Source: Bacteroidales bacterium (GTDB lineage: Bacteria; Bacteroidota; Bacteroidia; Bacteroidales; UBA7960). Taken from it: DNA of 63,161 bases. The position numbers and the translations under genes are program-made. Shown here piece by piece: positions 50,670 through 58,296 of the stretch (the stretch's first letter is position 1; every line of letters begins with the position of its first letter). The stretch spans positions 1 through 63,161 of the forward strand of contig PWJC01000052.1 in assembly GCA_003560165.1 (NCBI GenBank). Direction: 5' to 3'. Under the pieces are notes generated by a model. It searched no databases and had not been told where the DNA came from. It saw only the letters and a list, made by a program, of their open reading frames with translations.

Positions 50670-52532
50670 ATGAAGTCGCTATTTTCTCCCCTGTCGGTCA
50701 TCGTCCTGTTCTTTCTGCTGCTTGCTGCCTGCAGGCCGGAGTACAACGAGCGACTGCACTTCGCATGGCTGACCGATCTGCATGTAAGCCCCGGAACCCC
50801 GTCAAGCGAACAGCTGCGCGCTGTGGTAAAAGACATCAATGCCCTGGCTCCCGACCTGGTTGTCATTACCGGCGACATCACCAACCATGGCTCCGGTGAA
50901 GAACTCAGGCATGTAAAAAAGCTGCTCGGCGAACTTGGGATGCCCTACCACATCCTTCCGGGCAATCACGAGACCAATTGGTCGGAAAGTGCCGGTCAGG
51001 ATTTTCAGGAGTTCTGGGGGGACGATAAATTCCTGTTCTGCCAGGGCAGCTTCCTGTTTGCCGGCCTGAACACCGGTCCGTTTATGCGCATGGGCGACGG
51101 GCATGTAAAACAACAGGATATCGCCTGGCTGAGGCGGGAGCTGTCGGAAAAGGCCGAAGCCGGGCTGAGGCTGTTGTTCTTTTCCCACTACCCCCTGGCC
51201 GAAGGTCTCGATCAGTGGTACCTGATCACCGACATCCTGAAGGCCCATGACGCCCGCCTGGCCTTATGCGGACATGGCCACCGCCAGGATCTGCTGAACT
51301 TCGATGGCATCCAGGGCGTGATGGGGCGGTCGATGGTGCTCAGGGGGCAGCATACCCCCGGCTACAACCTGGTGGAGATCACCCCCGACAGTGTGTTTGT
51401 GTTTGAAAAAGAAGTGGGCAGCGAAACGGCCGTACTCAACCATTCACTGAGCCTGGACCCGGCGGCCCGGGTCCAGCCCCTTCCTTATTCCGACCGCCCG
51501 GATTACAGCATCAACGAAGTTTACCCTGAAATCGGCAAAAACTGGTTGCTCACCGACACAGCCTCGGTGTTCACCGGCCCCCTGCTCGTGGGAGACAGCC
51601 TGCTGATCTACGGGAACTCACTGGGACATTTGCACTGCTACGCGATAGCGGACAAGAGAAAGCGCTGGACGCTTGCCCTTGAAGGCCCGCTCTACGCCAC
51701 CCCGGTGCTTGCCGGCGAACTGGTCATCGCAGGCGGTCTCGATGGCAAACTCTATGGCATCGATCCTGGTTCGGGCCGGCCGCAATGGTCTTTCGCGGTC
51801 AAAAAGCCCCTGATCGCCCCGGCTGTGGTCAAAGATGCCCATCTCTACCTGGGGGGCGGCAGCGGAAGCTTTTATAAAATCTGCGCACTCAGCGGGCGGG
51901 AGGTGTGGCGTTTTGATGGGGCAGAGGGCCTGATACAGGCCGCTGCAGTCATCGAAGGCGATGCGGTGGTATTTGCCGCCTGGGACACCCATATGTACTG
52001 CCTCGACAGGGCCGACGGACGGCTTCGATGGAAGTGGAACAACCAAAGCCCCGTCAGGCTCTTCTCTCCCGGTAATGTAGTCCCGGTAATATCGGGTGGT
52101 ACAGTTTTCGTTGTGGCCCCGGATCGCTACATGACGGCCATCGACCTGGAAAGCGGTCATCAAAGGTGGCGCACGGGCAAGCACCAGGTAAGGGAGTCGA
52201 TGGGTGTTTCAGGCGACCGCCTGCATGTGTACGTCAAGCTCATGAACGACAGCATCCTCTCGGTGAAGGCCGACCCCGGAAGTTTTCAGACAGCCTGGAT
52301 ACTGGATGCAGGATTTGGTTACGACCACAACCCTGCCCCCCTGGTCTCGCATGGGGGCATGCTGTTTGCTGCCACGAAAAACGGCCTGATCATGGCCATC
52401 GACGAAAACAAGGGGGAGGTCGTCTGGCAACACAAGGCGGGCAATTCGGCCGTGAACTTCATGACCACGACCGAAAGCCGCGAACTGTGGGTAAGCACTG
52501 CCGATGGGAAAATATTTTCCATTCCCTTTTAA
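50670..52532 (+). CDS. Lipoprotein: calcineurin-like metallophosphoesterase plus PQQ-like beta-propeller
   Basis: Lipobox LLAAC, TDLH, TGD, PGNHE, HYP, GHGH; repeated D...G...W propeller blades in the C-terminal half. Confidence 0.88.
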   Translation: MKSLFSPLSVIVLFFLLLAACRPEYNERLHFAWLTDLHVSPGTPSSEQLRAVVKDINALAPDLVVITGDITNHGSGEELRHVKKLLGELGMPYHILPGNHETNWSESAGQDFQEFWGDDKFLFCQGSFLFAGLNTGPFMRMGDGHVKQQDIAWLRRELSEKAEAGLRLLFFSHYPLAEGLDQWYLITDILKAHDARLALCGHGHRQDLLNFDGIQGVMGRSMVLRGQHTPGYNLVEITPDSVFVFEKEVGSETAVLNHSLSLDPAARVQPLPYSDRPDYSINEVYPEIGKNWLLTDTASVFTGPLLVGDSLLIYGNSLGHLHCYAIADKRKRWTLALEGPLYATPVLAGELVIAGGLDGKLYGIDPGSGRPQWSFAVKKPLIAPAVVKDAHLYLGGGSGSFYKICALSGREVWRFDGAEGLIQAAAVIEGDAVVFAAWDTHMYCLDRADGRLRWKWNNQSPVRLFSPGNVVPVISGGTVFVVAPDRYMTAIDLESGHQRWRTGKHQVRESMGVSGDRLHVYVKLMNDSILSVKADPGSFQTAWILDAGFGYDHNPAPLVSHGGMLFAATKNGLIMAIDENKGEVVWQHKAGNSAVNFMTTTESRELWVSTADGKIFSIPF

Positions 52533-52585
52533 CGCGCCCTGTTTTAATCAAAACAAGGGCGGTGCATGCAGCTGTTGTCCCTGAT

Positions 52586-54448
52586 TCAGCCCGGCTGCCT
52601 GCCCGTTTTTTCCTTGATCCCAAAGGACCGGTCGATCTTCAGAAAGCGGATGACCACAAATCCAGGTATGGTACAGAGTACCACCCAGATAAAGAAATTG
52701 TGGTAGCCGATGATCTCCTGTATCCAGCCTGAGATCATGCCGGGAAGCATCATTCCCATGGCCATCAGGCCCGTACAGATAGCGAAATGGGCGGTTTTGT
52801 GCCTGCCCTCGGAAAAGTAGATCATATACAGCATATAGGCCGTAAATCCGAAACCATAGCCGAACTGCTCCAGGGCCACGGCGCCCGATATCAGCCAAAG
52901 GCTTGTCGGCAATGCCGACGAGAGGTAAACAAATACCAGATTGGGCACATTCATGGCCAGGGCCATGGGGAAGATCCAGAATTTCAGTCCCCGCCTGGAG
53001 GCCATCATCCCGCCGAGTATGCCTCCAAGGGTGAGGGCCAGGATGCCCACGGTACCATATACCAGGCCCACATCGCCGGTGGTAAGGCCAAGCCCCCCGA
53101 TCTCCCTGGCATCGAGCATAAAGGGAGAGGCCATCTTGACGATCTGTGCCTCTCCCAGCCTGAACAGAAGCAGGAAGGAAAGGGCGGGCCCGATGTTGTT
53201 TTTCCGGAAAAAGGAACCGAAGGTCTGGAAAAACTCATAGAAAACACCCTTGCCTTCCGATCTCCTGGCAGACACATCGGCTGCAGGCCGCGGAAGGATC
53301 AGTTTGTGAAATATAAAAAAGCCCACGAACAAGGCTGCCAGCACGATGAAGGTAATGGTCCAGGCCAGGGGGATATTGCCCGAACGGCCTTCAAAAAAAG
53401 TCACGGCCCGGCGGTCGAGCTGAGGGTCGAGTTGCAGCAGCAGCCAGCCCTTCTGGTCCCAATTGGCCACGGTGAACACCAACCGCTCGCCCTCTGCCAG
53501 GCGGATACTGGCATCGCCCCGCTGGAAGCCCGTATTCAATACGATCTCACGGCCTTCGTCGGGGGGGTTGTTCAGACGCACCCCCACCAACCCCATATTG
53601 CCTTGGAACTCACTCAGCCCGGGGTCGTCGGGCTCGCTGATACGCAAACGATCGCGCAACCAGGCGCTGAAGGGATTGCCGATGGTGCGGGCCCACCACG
53701 ACACCGTGAGCTCTCCGGGTTCGGGTTCGGGCTCCACAAAACCCCAGGCCAGATTTTGCTGTCTGACCCATTGGCGGATGCTGTCGGCTTCCTCTCTCGG
53801 GATAGTTTGGGTAGAGAGTACCTGGTCGTGGCCATATACGACAAACGCCAGCCCTTCCGATTGCGCTATCCCTTCTTCGTGCGGGAACTGCCTGAACTCG
53901 GTTGCCTGGGGGTCGGCCTCCACGGTGAACACCACCGGCTCCTGACCGGTAAATACCTCAAAAAAGCCGGCCAGAATAACCAGCAGGCCCTGGCCGGTGA
54001 TCATGGCAAAACGGTAAAACGTGCTCCGGATACCGATAAAGTAAGACTGCTGCCCTTCTTTCAGGCCCAGCATATAGAACCCGTCGGCCGCAATATCGTG
54101 GGTGGCCGAACTGAATGCCAGCAACCAGAGAAAAGCCAGGGAGTACTGGAAAAAAGAGGCAAGCGGAAGGGTAAAGGCCACCCCGGCCAGTCCGGCACCC
54201 ACCAGCAGCTGCATGGTGGTGATCCACCAGCGCTTGGTCCTGAACAGGTCGACGACGGGACTCCACAGGGGCTTGATGACCCAGGGCAAATAAAGCCAGC
54301 TGGTATACAAGGCGATGTCGGCATTCGAAACCCCCAGGCGCTTGTACATGATCACCGAAACGGTCATCACCACCACATAGGGAATACCCTGGGCATAATA
54401 CAGGCTCGGCACCCAGCTCCAGGCAGATTGCTGTTTTATTTTGTCCAT
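52586..54448 (-). CDS. ampG: AmpG-like MFS muropeptide permease with a large soluble insertion
   Basis: WVPSLYYAQGIPY, LPWVIKPLWSP, SATHDIAADG, EQFGYGFGFTAY, TAHFAICTG; hydrophilic insert at about aa 169-356. Confidence 0.8.
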   Translation of the reverse strand: MDKIKQQSAWSWVPSLYYAQGIPYVVVMTVSVIMYKRLGVSNADIALYTSWLYLPWVIKPLWSPVVDLFRTKRWWITTMQLLVGAGLAGVAFTLPLASFFQYSLAFLWLLAFSSATHDIAADGFYMLGLKEGQQSYFIGIRSTFYRFAMITGQGLLVILAGFFEVFTGQEPVVFTVEADPQATEFRQFPHEEGIAQSEGLAFVVYGHDQVLSTQTIPREEADSIRQWVRQQNLAWGFVEPEPEPGELTVSWWARTIGNPFSAWLRDRLRISEPDDPGLSEFQGNMGLVGVRLNNPPDEGREIVLNTGFQRGDASIRLAEGERLVFTVANWDQKGWLLLQLDPQLDRRAVTFFEGRSGNIPLAWTITFIVLAALFVGFFIFHKLILPRPAADVSARRSEGKGVFYEFFQTFGSFFRKNNIGPALSFLLLFRLGEAQIVKMASPFMLDAREIGGLGLTTGDVGLVYGTVGILALTLGGILGGMMASRRGLKFWIFPMALAMNVPNLVFVYLSSALPTSLWLISGAVALEQFGYGFGFTAYMLYMIYFSEGRHKTAHFAICTGLMAMGMMLPGMISGWIQEIIGYHNFFIWVVLCTIPGFVVIRFLKIDRSFGIKEKTGRQPG

Positions 54449-54450
54449 AT

Positions 54451-54686
54451 TTAGCTTTTGGGTTTTGGCTGTTGGGTTTTGGCTGTTGGCTGTTGGGTTT
54501 TGGCTGTTGGCAGTTGGCTTTTTAAACTTTTCAACTTTTCAACTTTTCAACTTTTCAACTCTTCAACTTTTCAACTTTTCAACTCTTCAACTTTTCAACC
54601 TTCTTCTTCCTACTTACTACTTACTACTTACTACTTACTACTTACTACTTACTACCTTCTACCTCCTCCCTTCTCCCTCCTCCCAC
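54451..54686. repeat. Composite repeat cassette A-B-linker-C-D (longest copy)
   Basis: 10 TTGGCTG/TTGGGTT-type units; TTTA; 9 x AACT(T/C)TTC; AACC; TTCTTCTTCC; 6 x TACTTAC; TACCTTC TACCTCC TCCCTTC TCCCTCC; fills the spoIID-ampG gap. Confidence 0.97.
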
Positions 54687-56027
54687 TCAGTATATCTTCT
54701 CCACTGCGGCTCCCCTGAAATAATGCGCCAAAATGTCTGTATAGCTATATCCCCTGCTTCCCATTACCGCAGCGCCTATCTGGCACAAACCCACTCCATG
54801 CCCCCATCCGGCCCCGGAGAAAAGATACTTTTGGGGGACACCCTGGTGGATATCTGCGGGACGGGCAACAAATGCGGCGCTATACAGATGGGAGGATGAA
54901 AAAGCCTTCCTGATCTCCAGCTCCTTGCCGATGATCACCTCCCCCCGGCTGCCCCTAATGCCCAGCCTGATCAGCCGGCCCGACACCCCCCGGCTGACAG
55001 GGATCAGTTCCAGGACCTCTCCCACATCGACCGACACCCTGGATTTCAGCAATTCCCTGATTTCTTCCTGGGAGTATTCGACCTGCCAGCGAAAAAAATC
55101 AACCGTTTCCCTGTCGTAATCGTTCAAAATCTGCGAAAGCACCTCAGGGTCGGCCGTGTTGCAAAAGGCCTCCGGAGAGTTTGTGATCCATGCCCCGGCT
55201 TTTTCCTCTGTATCCAGCACGGTATCGAAGCCCGGCGGGGGTCGGTGGTTGTCGGTCACTTTGGTCAGATAGGGATGACGGACCGCTTCCCACACATTTT
55301 CGAACAACTCGGTAATGCCCCCGCAGCATTTCGAATACCTGGCGTCGCAAATGCCGCCCTCATGGGTCAGCACCATTCCGGCAGTGGCGTCAACGGCTTT
55401 GCGTACAGCCGGTGTGGAAGCCCTGCTCAGCCCCTGGTAACGCTGGCAATGATCGTCGGCGCATACGTGGAAGTGAGTGTGGTCTTCGCGATCGTACCAC
55501 CGGATGCGTTCTCCTTCATCTTCTTTAATTCCGGGGCTTCGCCCCTGCCCTTTCAGACGTCTGGCCTTCTCATGCTGGGCCATCAGCCAGCTGCGTGAAA
55601 CGACGGCATGGGCTTTCAAAAGTTCCTCCGATGAGGTAGCGCTCATTTCGGAGGAAATGACGCTTTTCAGGTAGTCTTCCAGCAAAAGGATGTTGATAGC
55701 CAACAGTCTGCCATCGGACTCCATGATGCTCAGGGTTCCCGGAAAATGCTGTTTTTCCTTTCTTTCCCAGTGAAAGCCGATGCCAATGGTCACATCGCTG
55801 AGTTCGAAGGATGCCTCTGCGGAACCGACCGGCGAAAACACAAGTGGCAGGTCTGTACGCTCTTTCCGGCCGCCCAGTTGCAACCGCCACCCCCCTTCTG
55901 CTGTTGATTCCAGAAAACCTTCACCACTCAGACGCGGCCCACCCCTGCCTATTTCGTAGCTCCCGTGCAGCCTGAAGGCAATTTTCGGTGCGCTCATGAT
56001 CCCCACCCGGATGATTGATTGTTGCAT
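54687..56027 (-). CDS. SpoIID/LytB domain lytic transglycosylase-like protein
   Basis: LEDYLKSVISSEM, LKAHAVVSRS, VCADDHCQRYQG, YSKCCGG, GAGWGHGVGLCQIGA, ILAHYF. Confidence 0.9.
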   Translation of the reverse strand: MQQSIIRVGIMSAPKIAFRLHGSYEIGRGGPRLSGEGFLESTAEGGWRLQLGGRKERTDLPLVFSPVGSAEASFELSDVTIGIGFHWERKEKQHFPGTLSIMESDGRLLAINILLLEDYLKSVISSEMSATSSEELLKAHAVVSRSWLMAQHEKARRLKGQGRSPGIKEDEGERIRWYDREDHTHFHVCADDHCQRYQGLSRASTPAVRKAVDATAGMVLTHEGGICDARYSKCCGGITELFENVWEAVRHPYLTKVTDNHRPPPGFDTVLDTEEKAGAWITNSPEAFCNTADPEVLSQILNDYDRETVDFFRWQVEYSQEEIRELLKSRVSVDVGEVLELIPVSRGVSGRLIRLGIRGSRGEVIIGKELEIRKAFSSSHLYSAAFVARPADIHQGVPQKYLFSGAGWGHGVGLCQIGAAVMGSRGYSYTDILAHYFRGAAVEKIY

Positions 56028-56075
56028 TTGGTTATCGTTTTTATGTTTCGGTGTTTGGAGAAGTCAAGAAGGTTA

Positions 56076-56267
56076 AAGGCTGTTGGGTTTTGGCTGTTGG
56101 GTTTTGGCTGTTGGCTGTTGGGTTTTGGCTGTTGGCTGTTGGCTTTTTAAACTTTTAAACTTTTCAACTCTTAAACTTTTCAACTCTTCAACTTTTCAAC
56201 GTTCTTCTTCCTACCTACTACCTACTACCTACTACTTACTACTTACTACTTACTACCTTCCACCTTC
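56076..56267. repeat. Composite repeat cassette A-B-linker-C-D
   Basis: 10 TTGGCTG/TTGGGTT-type units; TTTA; 6 x AACT(T/C)TT(C/A); AACG; TTCTTCTTCC; TACCTACx3, TACTTACx3; TACCTTC CACCTTC. Confidence 0.97.
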
Positions 56268-56273
56268 CGTCAA

Positions 56274-56289
56274 CCCCGTCGACACGGGG
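56274..56289 (-). other. Short GC hairpin between the GNAT stop codon and the repeat cassette
   Basis: CCCCGT-CGAC-ACGGGG; no long T tract on the sense strand, so not a clear terminator. Confidence 0.4.
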
Positions 56290-56291
56290 GT

Positions 56292-57209
56292 TTATTGTAT
56301 TGTTTTTTCCATTCTCCAGAACACCCGGTCGATAGAGGCATCCACATAATGAGCATAAAATGCAACGGGGGCAACCCAGGGAATAATGGCCTGACGGTGT
56401 CCCTGGTCCTGCATGTCCTGAAGGCAGCGCTTAAGTAACACATTGCCCACACCAAGGCCCCTCGCATCGGGATGGGTGCCCATCGGGCCGAACCAGCCGC
56501 TGCCCTTGTTGTTGCCATTGTGCACTGAAAAAGCTATTATCCGGTTATTTTTCAAGGCAATATGCACCGAGGGCGGACTATCCCGCATGGCCATATCCAC
56601 CTCGTTGTTCCACAGGGCCCATTCCTGGCTCAGCAAATCCCGCAATGCCGGGAGGTCGGCTTCGCCGGCACGGCGCACTTCCACTCCCCTTTCCTGCAGG
56701 CTGCGCTCGGCCAGCCCGGTCGACCAGTCTTTGCCCTGCAACGGTGCAAGCATGTTGACGGCCTCCCCCACCTGTTTAAACCCATGCCTTAGCGCAAAGC
56801 AATAGGCAGGGGTATACCTCGGATCCAGCCCTGGCATGAAATAATTAAGGGGCACGTCGTACCAGCGCATGGCCGTCACCCCGCTTTGCTTCAGCAGGCC
56901 CTCTGCCCGTTCGTACAACCGGCTGCCCAGGCCGCGCCGTCGATGCGGCTTGCCCACTGCCATCAGTTTCACATAGCCAAGCCGCTGACCCCTGATGTCG
57001 CGTTGAACGCAATACAGCATCCCGGCGATCAGTTCACCGGCCATTGCCGTAAAGCACAGACCGGAGTCGGCCATGGGGTCGTCGTGCAGCTTCTCCCCCA
57101 GCATGCCGGCCCCGATGCTGTCGTAGTCCCAATTGCTGTCGAGAAAGGCAGCCATGGCCTCCAGATCCTCCGGCCAGCCCTGAACAATGCGTATGTCTTT
57201 GTTTTTCAT
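56292..57209 (-). CDS. Tandem two-domain GNAT N-acetyltransferase
   Basis: Two acetyl-CoA motifs VGKPHRRRGLGSRL and THPDARGLGVG; YFMPGLD; WFGPMG; start 57209 or 57245, since the ORF-track start lies inside the repeat. Confidence 0.85.
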   Translation of the reverse strand: MKNKDIRIVQGWPEDLEAMAAFLDSNWDYDSIGAGMLGEKLHDDPMADSGLCFTAMAGELIAGMLYCVQRDIRGQRLGYVKLMAVGKPHRRRGLGSRLYERAEGLLKQSGVTAMRWYDVPLNYFMPGLDPRYTPAYCFALRHGFKQVGEAVNMLAPLQGKDWSTGLAERSLQERGVEVRRAGEADLPALRDLLSQEWALWNNEVDMAMRDSPPSVHIALKNNRIIAFSVHNGNNKGSGWFGPMGTHPDARGLGVGNVLLKRCLQDMQDQGHRQAIIPWVAPVAFYAHYVDASIDRVFWRMEKTIQ

Positions 57210-57249
57210 CTTGTGCCCATCGTTTAAACGTGCAAACCAATTCATTCTA

Positions 57250-57333
57250 TTGGCTGTTGGCTGTTGGCTTTTCAACTTTTCAACTTTTCAACTTTTCAAC
57301 TTTTCAACTTTCTTCTTCCTACCTACTACCTAC
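57250..57333. repeat. Composite repeat cassette A-B-linker-C (short copy)
   Basis: TTGGCTGx2, TTGGCTT; TTC; 4 x AACTTTTC; AACT; TTCTTCTTCC; TACCTACx2; overlaps the last codons and stop of the DUF4922 gene. Confidence 0.95.
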
Positions 57334-58293
57334 TGCCCTGATAATGCGATCTATATCGGCCTGGGCCGGGCATACCTGTTCGAAAACATCCTTTACCACC
57401 TCCCTGCCTATCCTGGGGAAATCCTGCTCTCTGGGGATGATGAACATGCCCCCCATGTCCACGGATGCCGGGCTCAGCAGAATACGGTCATCGCCTTCTG
57501 CATAGAACTGCCACGGACGGTGAGCCCTGCGGGGGAACACAGCAACCCGCAATATCTCTTTGTGTTCCCAGGCCAGGACATTGAGCATCGGCTCCTCCTG
57601 CCTGGCCCCGCCATGGGGTAAAAGGGCCAGCAAATCCTCAAAGGTCCGGCAGAGGGCCCTGTCATCAGCGCCTTCGAGCACAAGGCAGGGGCGGCCGTAG
57701 CCCCGGGGCGACCAGATCGTGTTCCCCCCCGACTCCCTGAGCAGGGATTTGGGAAGGATATCCAACTCCTTCCCAATGGGGAGGAAGCCCTTGTTGCCGG
57801 CCTGGAAATGAAAATGATCGGGTGCCGAAGCCCCGCAGCCCGGGCCGTTGTAAAATACCACAAAGTCGTCCAGTTCCCTGGCCAGGGCCAGCATGGGCGC
57901 CATGCGGCCCGCTATCCTCTGGGGAAGGTGTTCCCTTAGCGGAATGGTCAGGTGGCGGGTGAAAATGGGGAAGGGATTCACCAGGATAAGGTAATCGGCA
58001 CCGAAGGATACCCCGCGTTGCTGTGGGGGCAAATGGGCTGGGCACAGGAAACATTTCCGCTCACTCACCGACTTTTGGTCGACCCTGGCGGCCGAGGAAG
58101 TGATCCGCCACGGATTGTGTTGCACCCCGATCACGACCCCCCTGCCCAGTGTCAAAAAGCGTTGGTGCACCTGTTTTAGCCCTGCATAGTTGCCCGAGGC
58201 CAGTTCCCAGCCCCGGAGCTGTTGTTCGAACAGGGCATAGACCCTTTCCTGCAAGCCCATCGGTCTATCAGGATTCGTCCCTTCTTTTGCCAT
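57319..58293 (-). CDS. DUF4922 family protein (HIT-superfamily HxHxQ nucleotidyl phosphorylase-like)
   Basis: QHNPWRITS, CFLC, LVNPFPIF, HLTI, FYNGPGCGASAPDHFHFQ, EPMLN, LSPASVDMGG. Confidence 0.82.
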   Translation of the reverse strand: MAKEGTNPDRPMGLQERVYALFEQQLRGWELASGNYAGLKQVHQRFLTLGRGVVIGVQHNPWRITSSAARVDQKSVSERKCFLCPAHLPPQQRGVSFGADYLILVNPFPIFTRHLTIPLREHLPQRIAGRMAPMLALARELDDFVVFYNGPGCGASAPDHFHFQAGNKGFLPIGKELDILPKSLLRESGGNTIWSPRGYGRPCLVLEGADDRALCRTFEDLLALLPHGGARQEEPMLNVLAWEHKEILRVAVFPRRAHRPWQFYAEGDDRILLSPASVDMGGMFIIPREQDFPRIGREVVKDVFEQVCPAQADIDRIIRAVGSR

Positions 58294-58296
58294 GAC

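Noticed and set aside
54441-54899. ORFs reading FWLLAVG / STFQLFNF / LLLTTYY (also 54458-54718, 56083-56349, 57187-57621, 35626-36150)
   Set aside because: They are translations of the stop-poor strand of the tandem repeats and lie antisense to well-supported genes.
54451-57333. Repeat cassettes as a CRISPR array
   Set aside because: Units are 7-8 nt in tandem with no unique spacers, and no cas genes are present.
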